Shown in pieces: positions 39,696 to 50,474 of a stretch of 64,000 nt of DNA. Under the pieces are notes generated by a model. It was not told the origin of the DNA and ran no database searches. It worked only from the letters and a program-made list of their open reading frames with translations. The stretch is taken from positions 2,066,295 to 2,130,294 of the forward strand of contig OZ252149.1 of NCBI GenBank assembly GCA_965248755.1, written 5' to 3'. A program made the translations under genes and the position numbers. The DNA comes from Candidatus Latescibacterota bacterium (GTDB taxonomy: Bacteria; Latescibacterota; CBDEFO01). The number at the start of each line of letters is the position of its first letter. Positions within the stretch are counted from its first letter, which is position 1.

Positions 39696-40799
39696 ATGGA
39701 ATCCTTTGTAGACACGGTCATCGACTTAGTATCCCCTTTATCCCAACTTTCCCGGGATTGGGTGTATCTGGGGCTTACTCTGCAGGATTGGGTATATCTG
39801 GGGCTTACTCTGGTCGGATGCGCCTCCGTTTTGGGATTTATCTCGGTCTTTGCCCTATTTGCTATCTGGCTGGAGCGCAAGGTCTCAGCCCATATGCAGG
39901 ACAGACTCGGACCCATGAGGGTCGGGGGATGGCACGGTTGGGCGCAGACTATCGCTGACGGGATTAAACTCTTTTTGAAAGAGGACATCATCCCGGCTAT
40001 GGCGGACAGAAAGCTCTTCACCTTAGCTCCTCTTGTCGTATTTGTCGGCTCATTCGCGGTCTTTGTGGCCGTTCCCTTCGGGGATAGATTGATAGTTCGG
40101 GATCTGAACATAGGGATCTTTTATATCCTTGCGATATCCTCCCTGGTGGTTATTGGGGTTGTAATGGCAGGTTGGTCATCTAACAACAAGTGGTCGCTTT
40201 TGGGGGCTATGCGCTCTGCCGCCCAGGTAGTAAGTTACGAAATACCCGTTGCGCTTGCCCTTTTATCCGTCATAATGATAGTCGGAAGCTTGAGTATGCA
40301 GGACATAGTCAAAGACCAGAGTGGCGGATTTTTGAACTGGTTCATCTTCAGGAACCCGTTCACTTTTTTGGCCTTCTTCATATACTTTGTGGCCTCGCTT
40401 TCTGAGGTCAACCGGACCCCTTTTGACATCCCAGAAGCCGAGTCAGAATTGGTTGCAGGATACCACACGGAATACAGCGGAATGAGATTTTCCTTCTTTT
40501 TTATAGCCGAATACGCAAACATGTTCGCCGTCAGCGCCATAGCGACCACGATCTTTTTGGGAGGATGGCAAGCGCCCTGGGGAGACCCCATAGTCGCGGA
40601 TGGCGCCATCTGGTTTATAGGCAAAGCCACCTTCCTTGTCTTTGTGCAGATGTGGATTAGGTGGACACTCCCAAGACTCAGAGTAGATCAACTTATGTAC
40701 ATCGGATGGAAAGTCCTTACGCCATTTTCGTTTGCCAATATAATTGGAGTAGGATTATGGATGTACATCTTCGACTTGTTTGATAAAGTGCAAGGATGA
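39696..40799 (+). CDS. nuoH: NADH-quinone oxidoreductase subunit H
   Basis: 367 aa. [39 protein letters not shown] is the NuoH/ND1 signature. Confidence 0.9.
   Translation: MESFVDTVIDLVSPLSQLSRDWVYLGLTLQDWVYLGLTLVGCASVLGFISVFALFAIWLERKVSAHMQDRLGPMRVGGWHGWAQTIADGIKLFLKEDIIPAMADRKLFTLAPLVVFVGSFAVFVAVPFGDRLIVRDLNIGIFYILAISSLVVIGVVMAGWSSNNKWSLLGAMRSAAQVVSYEIPVALALLSVIMIVGSLSMQDIVKDQSGGFLNWFIFRNPFTFLAFFIYFVASLSEVNRTPFDIPEAESELVAGYHTEYSGMRFSFFFIAEYANMFAVSAIATTIFLGGWQAPWGDPIVADGAIWFIGKATFLVFVQMWIRWTLPRLRVDQLMYIGWKVLTPFSFANIIGVGLWMYIFDLFDKVQG
39757..39816. repeat. 30-bp in-frame tandem duplication inside the nuoH 5-prime end
   Basis: GATTGGGTGTATCTGGGGCTTACTCTGCAG followed by GATTGGGTATATCTGGGGCTTACTCTGGTC. 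The protein reads [20 protein letters not shown]. Confidence 0.8.
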
Positions 40800-41316
40800 G
40801 ATGACCGCCTCAGATATAATATTCTACATCTTCGCTTTCATAACCGTCGGTTCGGGGGCCGTCGTAGTCTTTTCAAAAAGGATAGTCTATTCGGCCTTTG
40901 CCCTCCTCTTTACCTTCTTCGGAGTTGCAGGACTCTACATCTTACTTTCCGCTGACTTCCTCGCCGCCACACAGGTCATAATCTACGTAGGAGGCATACT
41001 GGTCCTCCTTTTATTCGGAGTTATGATGACCCACAGAGTATATGACGTCCAGATCAGACAGCAGAGGATCAATTTTCTACCTGGAATGTTAGTGGTAATC
41101 TTCGTCTTCGCCATGCTGCTGACAGTTATCTTCAACAAAGATTCCTGGATGCCTCCCGTCGAGAAGGAGATTACGTCTACGACGTCACAGATCGGAAACA
41201 TGCTTATGACGGACTTCCTACTCCCGTTTGAAGTAGCCTCGGTTCTTTTGTTGATCGCACTTATGGGGGCTGCACTTATAGCGCGAAGAGAAAAAGGCGA
41301 GGGAGGGAAAAGATGA
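40780..41316 (+). CDS. nuoJ: NADH-quinone oxidoreductase subunit J
   Basis: 178 aa. TM protein with the [22 protein letters not shown]6 pattern. Confidence 0.85.
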   Translation: MIKCKDEMTASDIIFYIFAFITVGSGAVVVFSKRIVYSAFALLFTFFGVAGLYILLSADFLAATQVIIYVGGILVLLLFGVMMTHRVYDVQIRQQRINFLPGMLVVIFVFAMLLTVIFNKDSWMPPVEKEITSTTSQIGNMLMTDFLLPFEVASVLLLIALMGAALIARREKGEGGKR

Positions 41317-41618
41317 TAACTTTGGAACACTACCTTGTAGTGAGCGCAATTCTCTTTTGCCTTGGAGCCTTCGGCGTAATAACCAGAAGGAACGCTGTAA
41401 GCATCCTTATGGGGATAGAGCTTATCTTAAACTCTGCCAATATAAATTTTGTAGCTTTTGCTCGCTATACCGCGCAGGGACTCGAAGGGCAGGTGGTGGC
41501 GATCTTCGTGATCACATTGGCCGCCGCCGAAGCCGCAGTAGCATTAGCGATTGTGCTGAACATATACAGGAGCTTCCACATTATAGATGTAGACGAGGCG
41601 GACGCCCTGAAAGAGTGA
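41313..41618 (+). CDS. nuoK: NADH-quinone oxidoreductase subunit K
   Basis: 101 aa. HYLVVSAILFCLGAFGVITRRN...GIELILNSANINFVAF...AAAEAAVALAIV (ND4L). Confidence 0.9.
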   Translation: MITLEHYLVVSAILFCLGAFGVITRRNAVSILMGIELILNSANINFVAFARYTAQGLEGQVVAIFVITLAAAEAAVALAIVLNIYRSFHIIDVDEADALKE

Positions 41619-41687
41619 CTTGTGGCAGGTTTATGCAGACTGTATAATCACAGTTAGGGCGACTCGCACGCACATGCACAACGCAAT

Positions 41688-42407
41688 ATGAGGAGAAATA
41701 TGCTTGATCGAATCTCAGACGGGCGCACCGACTTGGTGTTCGATTATCTATCAGAAGGCCATGCCGCCAACTCCGTGGACAGAAATGGAGTGTCTCTAAT
41801 CAAATGGTGCGCTTATTACGGCGATGTCAGTGCAATACGATTCCTGCTCGCCAACGGTGAATCACTCGAGTCGTTCGGAGAAAACCTCGACCTCAACGGC
41901 GCTGCGTTTCAAGGGCACTGGCAACTATGCCAGTTTCTCATCGAAAATGGCGCTGACGTAAATCATCCTCTGCCGGATACAGGAGAGACGCCACTGCACG
42001 CGGCCTTATGCAAAGCCAATCGCCCTGCATACAACCACGTCATCAAAATTCTACTCGCCAATGGTGCGAATCCCAATTGCGTGACAAAGGAATCCGTTGA
42101 AACGGGTTGCTTCATGCGAGATTGCAGAACGAAAGCCGAAACACCCCTCCATCGTGCCGCCGCCTTTGGCACCGAAGAGGCCATCCAACTTCTTCTGGAT
42201 GCAGGCGCGACCATCGATGCCAAAGACATGAATGGAGATTCTCCGATCACCTGGGCCAGTTGGCACCTGCGCCCGGACTTCATTCTCAAGAAACTCTGTT
42301 ACGGTGACTTTTCCATTCATCCAGATAGAATAGCGCGCTCCATAAGCTACCGCGGCACCGGCTGGAGTCCCATGGAATCCTTTCTACTTGGGGAACCACA
42401 TGTCTGA
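41688..42407 (+). CDS. ankyrin-repeat protein
   Basis: At least 4 ANK repeats (TPLHAALCKAN...VIKILLANGANPN; TPLHRAAAFGTEEAIQLLLDAGATIDAKDMNGDSPITWAS). Confidence 0.8.
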   Translation: MRRNMLDRISDGRTDLVFDYLSEGHAANSVDRNGVSLIKWCAYYGDVSAIRFLLANGESLESFGENLDLNGAAFQGHWQLCQFLIENGADVNHPLPDTGETPLHAALCKANRPAYNHVIKILLANGANPNCVTKESVETGCFMRDCRTKAETPLHRAAAFGTEEAIQLLLDAGATIDAKDMNGDSPITWASWHLRPDFILKKLCYGDFSIHPDRIARSISYRGTGWSPMESFLLGEPHV

Positions 42408-42485
42408 CACTGTTTGTCGGCCTAACAAGCGCATGAAGCTGACAGGAGATTTTGAGAGTTATATGAGAACACAGCGGGAAACACA

Positions 42486-44507
42486 ATGATAGAATTGGCC
42501 TGTATAGTACTGCTTTTACCTCTCTTGGCCTTCACCATACAGATATTTGTGGGCAAAAGACTCCCAAGAGGGGGAGACTGGCTCCCCACTGGGGCTATGT
42601 TTCTTTGTCTGGGACTCTCCGTAGTAATCTTGGCCAAAGTGTTAGCGGCGTACGATCCCGACTATAAAGAGACCTTTTCCTTTATGTGGATCGATATCGG
42701 CGACTTCAGAGTTGAAGGGGGCATCCTCTTGGACAACGTCACGGCCATTATGCTTGTGGTCGTGACTCTGGTAAGTGCTCTTGTGCACCTCTACTCTATA
42801 GGCTACATGCACGATGATCCACTCTACTCTCGCTTCTTCGCGTACTTGGGTCTATTCTCTTTTTCGATGTTAGGGCTTGTGCTCTCTGATAATTTTCTTT
42901 TCTTATACTGCTTCTGGGAGCTTGTGGGGCTTACCTCATATCTCTTGATAGGCTTCTGGTTCGAACGCCCTGCCGCCGCCTCTGCCGGAAAGAAAGCCTT
43001 TATCGTTACAAGGATAGGCGACGTGGGGATGTTCATAGGGATAATGATAATCTTCAGTCAGATCGGTAAATTCGGCTATCAGGGCGTATTCGACAGCGTG
43101 GCACAGGGAGAACTCAGCGGAACGCTTTTGACCGTTGCCGGTGTTTGCATCTTCTTCGGAGCAGTCGGGAAATCCGCGCAGTTTCCGCTCCACGTCTGGC
43201 TCCCGGATGCGATGGAGGGTCCCACTCCCGTTAGTGCGCTTATACACGCCGCAACGATGGTCGCAGCAGGCGTCTATCTTGTGGTCAGGGTGTTTCCATT
43301 CCTCTCACCCGATGCACTCACGTTCATCGCATATACAGGAGTCATAACAGCCTTCCTCGGCGCGACCATAGCGATAGCCCAAAACGACATAAAGCGCGTC
43401 CTTGCCTACTCCACCATAAGCCAACTTGGATATATGATGCTCGGACTCGGCGTCGGAGCATATGTAGCAGGCTTCTTTCATCTGGTAACACACGCGGCAT
43501 TTAAGGCATGCCTCTTCCTCTGCTCAGGCTCTGTCATCCACGCCCTCGGCACGCAGGATATGAGAGAGATGGGCGGGCTCAAAGATAAGATGCCCATAAC
43601 TTTCAAGACGATGCTCATCGCCACGTTAGCAATTTCCGGCGTCCCTTTGACATCGGGGTTTTTAAGCAAAGACGCCATCCTTGCGGGAAGTTTGGGATTC
43701 GGCTTCTTCGAGCAACCCCGGCACATGCTGTTGCCGCTATTAGGATTTATCACCGCCGGAATGACGGCATTCTATATGTTCAGACTGATATTTATGACCT
43801 TCTACGGCCAACCCAGAGACAGAGAAAAATATGAGCACGCACACGAATCTCCAAAGTCGATGACGATACCTTTGGTAGTCCTTTCGTCTTTGACTTTTTT
43901 CTTTTTCTACACATTTAACTTCAACCCCTTCTCCACATCTGGCTGGTTCTATGATATAATCCATAAGCCCGCATCGAGCGTCCACCAAGCTGTGGGAACA
44001 GTGGATGCAGGCTATGTCCTCGCCTCATCGGAAGCCCACGACCCTGCGCACATTCCCGCCCTGATGCTCTCCCTCCTTATAGCAGCAGGGGGCATATATC
44101 TTGCTTATTTGACCTATTACAAGGGAAGAATCTCGGCGGACGCTTGGGCTGACAGATTCAGCTTCACCTATAGACTCATATATAACAAATGGTACTTCGA
44201 TGAACTTTATCACTTTATAGTCATCCGACCTACACTTGCCATCAGATCGTTTTTAGGATGGTTCGACCAGAAGGTCATCGACGGCGTCGTCAACGGAGCC
44301 GCCCGCATCACCACGTTCATTTCATTCCTTGAGGGACGCTTCGACAATATAGTTATAGACGGACTCGTCAACCAGACTGCAGGAGCTGTAATAGGGGCAG
44401 GATCTATCTTCAGAAAGATACAGACAGGAAGGGTACAGACATATATTATGTTCGCCCTTGTGGGAGCGATTATCATATTTTTGATACGTGTGGCTGTAGA
44501 AAAATAA
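42486..44507 (+). CDS. nuoL: NADH-quinone oxidoreductase subunit L
   Basis: 673 aa. Polytopic, ND5-type motifs (WLPDAMEGPTPVSALIHAATMVAAGVYL). Confidence 0.9.
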   Translation: MIELACIVLLLPLLAFTIQIFVGKRLPRGGDWLPTGAMFLCLGLSVVILAKVLAAYDPDYKETFSFMWIDIGDFRVEGGILLDNVTAIMLVVVTLVSALVHLYSIGYMHDDPLYSRFFAYLGLFSFSMLGLVLSDNFLFLYCFWELVGLTSYLLIGFWFERPAAASAGKKAFIVTRIGDVGMFIGIMIIFSQIGKFGYQGVFDSVAQGELSGTLLTVAGVCIFFGAVGKSAQFPLHVWLPDAMEGPTPVSALIHAATMVAAGVYLVVRVFPFLSPDALTFIAYTGVITAFLGATIAIAQNDIKRVLAYSTISQLGYMMLGLGVGAYVAGFFHLVTHAAFKACLFLCSGSVIHALGTQDMREMGGLKDKMPITFKTMLIATLAISGVPLTSGFLSKDAILAGSLGFGFFEQPRHMLLPLLGFITAGMTAFYMFRLIFMTFYGQPRDREKYEHAHESPKSMTIPLVVLSSLTFFFFYTFNFNPFSTSGWFYDIIHKPASSVHQAVGTVDAGYVLASSEAHDPAHIPALMLSLLIAAGGIYLAYLTYYKGRISADAWADRFSFTYRLIYNKWYFDELYHFIVIRPTLAIRSFLGWFDQKVIDGVVNGAARITTFISFLEGRFDNIVIDGLVNQTAGAVIGAGSIFRKIQTGRVQTYIMFALVGAIIIFLIRVAVEK

Positions 44508-44547
44508 CCGCGAACTATATATCCAAACTCAGGAGGAACATTAGCTG

Positions 44548-46023
44548 ATGCCGATACTTACACCCATAGTATTCGTCCCGCTGCTGGGAGCTTTGATAAT
44601 CCTGCTGATCCCTAAGCAAAACGAAAGGGCCATTAAGATCGTAGCCCTCATAGCCACAGCGGCATGCGTCCTCCTTGCTTTCAATCTATACAATTCGTTT
44701 GACCGAAGTACGACTGAAATGCAGTTTGTCGAACGGCACAGTTGGATCGAATCCTTCAATATAGAATATTTTCTGGGGATAGATGGACTCTCAGTCACGA
44801 TGGTCCTTCTGACCGCCCTTTTATCCTTCCTATGCATCCCCGTATCGTGGAAGATTAGCAAAGGTATAAAGGGCTACTTTGCGCTCTTTCTGCTCTTGGA
44901 GACCGGGATGCAGGGCGTATTCTGTTCTCTGGACTTCTTTTTGTTCTACGTATTCTGGGAGGTAATGCTTTTGCCGATGTACTTCCTCATAGGGGTATGG
45001 GGCGGCCCGCGGCGCGAATATGCGGCCATCAAGTTTTTCCTCTACACCCTTTTAGGGAGCGTCGTTCTCTTGTTGGCGATGCTGGCGTTCTACTTCACGA
45101 CGGAGCCTCACACGTTCGATATGACGGCACTCATGACCCACAGATACGGCTTCACGTTCCAGATTGCGGTCTATGTAGCTATGTTTATCGGTTTTGCCAT
45201 TAAGGTTCCGATATTTCCTTTCCATACGTGGCTCCCCGATGCGCACGTGGAGGCCCCGACAGCCGTAAGCGTCATTTTAGCTGGCGTCCTTTTGAAGATG
45301 GGGACTTACGGCATCCTGCGTTTTAACTTTCAGATGCTCCCAGACGCTACTAAGTACTTCGCAATTCCACTGGCTATACTCGGAGTCATAAACATAATCT
45401 ACGGGGCGCTGTGTGCGATGGCACAAACGGATCTCAAGAAGTTGGTGGCATATTCGAGCATAAGCCATATGGGATTCGTACTCCTGGGTGCCGCTTCGTT
45501 GACCTCGGCCGGGATAAACGGAGCCGTCCTTCAGATGTTCAATCACGGCACTACTACGGCCATGCTCTTCTTGCTCGTCGGCGTCATCTACGACAGAGCG
45601 CACCACAGAGACATTAATGGATTCGGAGGTCTTGGCTCTAAGATGCCCATCTACACGGGCATCACATCATTGGCTTTCTTCGCTTCGCTGGGGCTTCCGG
45701 GTCTTTCCAGCTTCATAAGCGAAGTTTTATGTTTCCTGGGCGCCTTCCAAAAATACTGGGCAGATCCCATGTACAGATGGATAGTGATAATACCTACTCT
45801 CGGAGTAGTCCTGACAGCGGGATATTTCCTCTGGACGTTTCAGAGAATGTTTCTGGGACCTTTGAATCCTAAATATGAAGACCTCCCCGAAATAAACAAA
45901 AGAGAGATCTTCAGCCTGGCTCCATTAGGGGCCATAGTCATATTCCTCGGCGTCTATCCGATGCCCGTTTTGAACCTTATGAGAACATCTTTAAACAATA
46001 TCATAAAGATGGTTGGACCCTGA
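44548..46023 (+). CDS. nuoM: NADH-quinone oxidoreductase subunit M
   Basis: 491 aa. ND4-type motifs (WLPDAHVEAPTAVSVILAGVLLKMGTYGILRF). Confidence 0.9.
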   Translation: MPILTPIVFVPLLGALIILLIPKQNERAIKIVALIATAACVLLAFNLYNSFDRSTTEMQFVERHSWIESFNIEYFLGIDGLSVTMVLLTALLSFLCIPVSWKISKGIKGYFALFLLLETGMQGVFCSLDFFLFYVFWEVMLLPMYFLIGVWGGPRREYAAIKFFLYTLLGSVVLLLAMLAFYFTTEPHTFDMTALMTHRYGFTFQIAVYVAMFIGFAIKVPIFPFHTWLPDAHVEAPTAVSVILAGVLLKMGTYGILRFNFQMLPDATKYFAIPLAILGVINIIYGALCAMAQTDLKKLVAYSSISHMGFVLLGAASLTSAGINGAVLQMFNHGTTTAMLFLLVGVIYDRAHHRDINGFGGLGSKMPIYTGITSLAFFASLGLPGLSSFISEVLCFLGAFQKYWADPMYRWIVIIPTLGVVLTAGYFLWTFQRMFLGPLNPKYEDLPEINKREIFSLAPLGAIVIFLGVYPMPVLNLMRTSLNNIIKMVGP

Positions 46024-46100
46024 AAAGGTAGACTTGGCACCGTCTTCGTTCCCTATAAAACAGTGAACGTATATAGAGACCAACCTGTGCGTTCACCCAT

Positions 46101-47636
46101 TTGGGAAAAACAAAGGGAGAAGGATGTGCCTTACCTACTGTCTACTTCGAAAGCGAGAGCTTCGTGTTAGAAGAAATTATCAGAAGTAACATAGACAGTC
46201 TCAAATATATCTATCCTGAGATCGTCGTCGTACTCACGCTGGTTACTGTGATAATAACGGACCTGCTCCTTAAAAGGAGTAGACAGGCCCCCGTGGCGAT
46301 TGTTTCCACGATAGGGCTTATCATAGCCCTCGTTTTGATCGGTCAGCTCTACTCTGAGGAGAGTCGTTCTCTCTTTGCCGGAATGATGGCACTCGATCCA
46401 TTTTCCCTCTTTTTTAAGGCTGTCTTTTGCCTTGCCACCATAATAATAACGCTCTTTTCCATTACGTCTCCTGAGGTGCCAGAAGAACGCTCCGGTGAGT
46501 ATTATGCTCTCTTGCTGGGGATTGTCCTCGGTGGTTTTATGATGGCCTCCGCGACCAATCTCTTGATGATGTACCTTTCGCTTGAACTTGTCAGCATTCC
46601 CTCATATGTGCTTGCTTGCTTCCTCAAAAACGACCGCCGCTCTTCAGAGGCCGGGCTTAAATACTCAATCTACGGAGGCGTATCCTCAGGAGCAATGATT
46701 TACGGTATGTCTCTGCTCTACGGGGCTACGGGTTCAATTAATATTTATCAGATTAGCCAGAGCATAAGTCAGTCACAACATTACGATTTAACGCTTGTGG
46801 TATCCATCATCCTCATAATGGCCGGACTCGGATACAAGATAGCCTCAGTGCCCTTCCACTTTTGGACTCCCGACGTCTATGAAGGAGCACCCACACCTGT
46901 AACAGCCTATTTTTCAATCGTTCCCAAGGCCGCGGGATTTGCGATGCTCTCCAGATTCTTCTACTCCGGTGTATCCACATCAGAATGGATGCCGCAGATA
47001 GACTGGCCCTATCTTTTGGCCATAATATCCGCTGCCACCATGACGCTCGGCAATTTTGTGGCTATCTGGCAGGACAACTTAAAGAGGCTTCTTGCCTACT
47101 CAAGTATAGCGCACGCAGGATATATCCTTATGGGGGTTGTAATGCTCTCCCCTGATGGGCTCAAAGCCGTTATGTTCTACATCGCAGTCTACCTGTTTAT
47201 GAATTTAGGAGCCTTTCTGGTCGTCATAGCTATCTCCCAAAAGCTCAACACAGAAGACATAAAGGGCTACAGCGGTCTTGGATGGAGATCGCCCTTTGTC
47301 GCCGTCGCCATGACAATCTTCCTCTTCTCACTTACCGGGCTTCCACCTACAGGCGGATTTGTGGGGAAATTTTACCTCTTTGCCGCAGTCATAAAGGGCA
47401 AATACTACTGGCTCGCCATCGTAGGTGTCCTCAACAGTGTCGTCTCTTTGTACTACTACGCAAGGATAGTAAAGGTTATGTTCTTGGAGGATGCCCTAAC
47501 AGACGAAAAAGTGGTAATATCTACTTTGCATACAGTCCTTCTAACTCTGTTGGTTATACCTACGGTTCTGTTGGGAGTTTACTTTGTCCCTCTTGTCAAG
47601 CTGGCCGATAAATCTTTAGAGCTTTTGGGATACTAA
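46101..47636 (+). CDS. nuoN: NADH-quinone oxidoreductase subunit N
   Basis: ND2-type motifs (FHFWTPDVYEGAPTPVTAYFS). The true start is probably a GTG near 46160; upstream is a TACTGTCTACT repeat motif. Confidence 0.85.
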   Translation: MGKTKGEGCALPTVYFESESFVLEEIIRSNIDSLKYIYPEIVVVLTLVTVIITDLLLKRSRQAPVAIVSTIGLIIALVLIGQLYSEESRSLFAGMMALDPFSLFFKAVFCLATIIITLFSITSPEVPEERSGEYYALLLGIVLGGFMMASATNLLMMYLSLELVSIPSYVLACFLKNDRRSSEAGLKYSIYGGVSSGAMIYGMSLLYGATGSINIYQISQSISQSQHYDLTLVVSIILIMAGLGYKIASVPFHFWTPDVYEGAPTPVTAYFSIVPKAAGFAMLSRFFYSGVSTSEWMPQIDWPYLLAIISAATMTLGNFVAIWQDNLKRLLAYSSIAHAGYILMGVVMLSPDGLKAVMFYIAVYLFMNLGAFLVVIAISQKLNTEDIKGYSGLGWRSPFVAVAMTIFLFSLTGLPPTGGFVGKFYLFAAVIKGKYYWLAIVGVLNSVVSLYYYARIVKVMFLEDALTDEKVVISTLHTVLLTLLVIPTVLLGVYFVPLVKLADKSLELLGY

Positions 47637-47679
47637 TAACCCCAAGAAAGTGGTCTGGGCACTGCGTGCGTCGATGCCA

Positions 47680-47697
47680 ACCCTTTTTGCAAAGGGT
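47680..47697 (+). terminator. possible hairpin after nuoN (ACCCTTTTTGCAAAGGGT)
   Basis: 6-7 bp stem with a 4-nt loop. No U-tract follows, so this is weak. Confidence 0.2.
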
Positions 47698-47831
47698 ACG
47701 AAGTGGTTAAGTGGTCGGAGAGCTTCTTGAAAAAGAAGATAATGGGTAGAGTCCGACTGTAATGAATCCTTGACATTTCTTGTGAGTTACAGCATTTTGG
47801 TTGTAGTTTATCAAAGTTACTCGGAACGATT

Positions 47832-47907
<76 letters not shown>

Positions 47908-48099
47908 ATAATTCCATCATAATCAATAAGTTGTGATGGATTTCTTCTTGCCGTTAATATTTAAGTTAATGGAGTAGGAAAGCTGAACTTGGTACGTTGA
48001 GAATTTGTTGATCTGTAGCGATATTGGGGACATGAAAAATTGACCTCGCTGCAGAGGAAGAACATTTTGAGTACTATAAGACTGGTCGGCTGCGTTGTC

Positions 48100-48205
48100 G
48101 TAAGTGTAAATTGATCCCCAATAGACTCAATTGGGGATTGACCAGAAAACTGGCCACTACCTTTCTGAGAGAAGAGTCGAATTACTCCCCCCGATAGATT
48201 CAATC
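48100..48205. repeat. two hairpin repeat copies (CCCCAATAGACTCAATTGGGG at 48106..48126; CCCCGATAGATTCAATCGGGG at 48179..48199)
   Basis: Family match. Sits immediately upstream of the IS1595 fragment. Confidence 0.65.
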
Positions 48206-48209
48206 GGGG

Positions 48210-48791
48210 GTGCGATACCAGGTTCCATACACAAGGAAGACCATGGAACGCTGGTATAGGATCATCAGAAAGGCAATCTACCATCACACTTTCAAGGAGT
48301 TTGAACCCCTAGAAGGTGAACTTGAGATGGATGAAACTCTCTTCGGTGGTAGGAGACCTGGTAAAAGAGGTTGGGGTTCCGAAGGCAAACAGATAGTCTT
48401 TGGCATCTATCAGAGAAAGGGTAAGGTGTTGACCTTTGCTGTCCCCTCAAGGAGTCGTGACTCACTACTGCCTCTTATTACCTAACACAGCAGACCAGGG
48501 AGCTTGTATTACACCGATAGTTGGATAGCCTACGCCTCGCTTTCTATCAGCGGCAACCGCCTGGTAGTGCCAAAAGAGAAGGGCATAGCGAAGGGAAAAG
48601 ATCACCTCAATGGGGTGGAAGGCTTCTGGTCGTATGCCAAACACTGGCTCCATCAATATCAAGGCGTTGACAAAAGCTTCTTCCACCTTTACCTTAAAGA
48701 GGTAGAGTGGCGTTTCAACCACCGCCACGAAAATCTACTTCCTCTTATGAGAAAGCTACTCGATCAACAGGCTGTAAGTGACATGAGTTAG
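48210..48791 (+). mobile_element. IS1595-family (ISXO2-like DDE) transposase C-terminal fragment, frameshifted
   Basis: ELEMDETLFGGRRPGKRGWGSEGKQIVFGIYQRKGKV, then after a frame change YYTDSWIAYASL...HLNGVEGFWSYAKHWLHQYQGVDKSFFHLYLKEVEWRFNHR. These are DDE_Tnp_IS1595 motifs. The N-terminal half is missing. Confidence 0.6.
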
Positions 48792-49074
48792 TGGAACTTT
48801 AGTTATGCATTACCCTAATCAAAAATTCTTTTCGGGTGATGACAATGTCCCGGCAGTAAACTCGGACCACCCCCTTCGCACCCTGCTATCGGCGTGGGCG
48901 GCAGAAATGGGGAATTCTGGTTAACATGGATAGGCCACTATGACAACACAAAAAGACTCATCCTTTGACGTTGAGAGCAAGAGTAAACAAAGCGTTCAGC
49001 TTGGGAGCCCGAGCCAACGGTCTGCACTTCGATTCACGAAAGACGGACTCACTCCTGACCAGTCCCAATAACCG

Positions 49075-50082
49075 GTGGATCGTCAGCCAATAAACGAGTA
49101 CGCAGAGTTGAAACAGTTGGTTAGACAACGCGGACTCTTGGATAAGCAACTCGCTTACTACACCTATAAACTACTCTCAACATTAGGGTTGCTGGCCATC
49201 AGCCTTACAATCCTTGCACTCGTAGATACCCTCTGGGTGCAGCTCATAAATGCTGGTTTTCTGGCCTTCGTCTTCGCCCAGTTAGGTTTCATCGGCCACG
49301 ATGCAGGCCATAGGCAGATCTTTGGGTCGGACCGCAACAATGAAATCGCAGGCCTTGCCGTCTGCTTCTTGTTGGCTTTTGAGTGTAGCTGGTGGATCGA
49401 TAAGCACAATCGCCATCACAACAATCCCAATCACCTGGCTCTGGACCCAGATGCAGACTTTCCCGTTCTGGCTTTCACGAAGGAACAGGCCCTTAAAAAG
49501 AAGGGGTTTTTCAGGTTCATCGTAAAATACCAGGCCTTCCTCTTTTACCCGATGTTGCTTCTCGAGGGACTGGGCCTGCGACTAGCAGGGATTCAATACG
49601 TATTTGCCAACAAAATCAAATATCCTGTAGCAGAACCACTGCTCATGATGTGCCACTTCGCGGTCTACCTTGGCTTCTTATTCTTTTTCTTAAGTCCTTG
49701 GCACGCCGTGTTGTTTATCATAATTAACCAAGCGGTATTGGGTCTGATTGTGGGGTCGGTATTTGCGCCCAATCACAAAGGTATGCTTATGGTGGGCAAA
49801 AACGAAGAGATGGACTTCCTCCGGCGTCAGGTGCTAACTGCTCGAAATGTAAAAGGCCATCCTCTTACTGATTTCTGGTATGGGTGTCTCAACTATCAGA
49901 TTGAGCATCACTTGTTCCCCAACATGCCTCGCAATAATCTGAAGGAAACGCAGGAAATTGCAAAAGCGTTCTGTAAGGAACACTCCATCCCGTATCACGA
50001 GACAGGAATCGTTCAATCTGTGAAGGAAATCCTGCAGCATTTGCACCAGGAAAGCGCGCCATTACGGGAGAGAAAGGCATAA
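49075..50082 (+). CDS. membrane fatty acid desaturase family protein
   Basis: Three His boxes (HDAGH, HNRHH, QIEHHLFP) and TM helices. Confidence 0.8.
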   Translation: MDRQPINEYAELKQLVRQRGLLDKQLAYYTYKLLSTLGLLAISLTILALVDTLWVQLINAGFLAFVFAQLGFIGHDAGHRQIFGSDRNNEIAGLAVCFLLAFECSWWIDKHNRHHNNPNHLALDPDADFPVLAFTKEQALKKKGFFRFIVKYQAFLFYPMLLLEGLGLRLAGIQYVFANKIKYPVAEPLLMMCHFAVYLGFLFFFLSPWHAVLFIIINQAVLGLIVGSVFAPNHKGMLMVGKNEEMDFLRRQVLTARNVKGHPLTDFWYGCLNYQIEHHLFPNMPRNNLKETQEIAKAFCKEHSIPYHETGIVQSVKEILQHLHQESAPLRERKA

Positions 50083-50474
50083 CATTCCGTCTAATGTTCT
50101 TCTAGCCAGAGAGCCTATGGAGAGATGCGATAGTACAGACAAGAGGCGGCAATCTATTCGAGCATGAAATGAAAAATCCGGGTTGAAAGCCAAGGTTGAA
50201 GCGCCTTGCGTGATGCGCTTTGTGGCGGAGCAGGGGTGCACCGCTGCGGCCCCTGTTTGCTGGGGGACGAAGTGCCAGAAAACCGCGAAGCGGCGAAGTG
50301 GGCGAAGCAATCTGACTTAGGTTTCCTCTCCCTGTGTGTGGGCTACTATTTAGGATCCCTATAAACTTGTGCCTACTATTTTGACGCGATACTTGGCTTT
50401 TACCTGAAGGGAGGGAACCCTGATGTCAAACTCCTTTAATCACGGGCAGTCAGACCGTTTAATCTCCAAATGGG

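Noticed and set aside
47771-47830. TTGACA-containing stretch upstream of tRNA-Phe as a sigma-70 promoter
   Set aside because: A good -35 hexamer (TTGACA at 47771) is present, but no convincing TATAAT-like -10 lies at 16-18 bp spacing. It is left uncalled.
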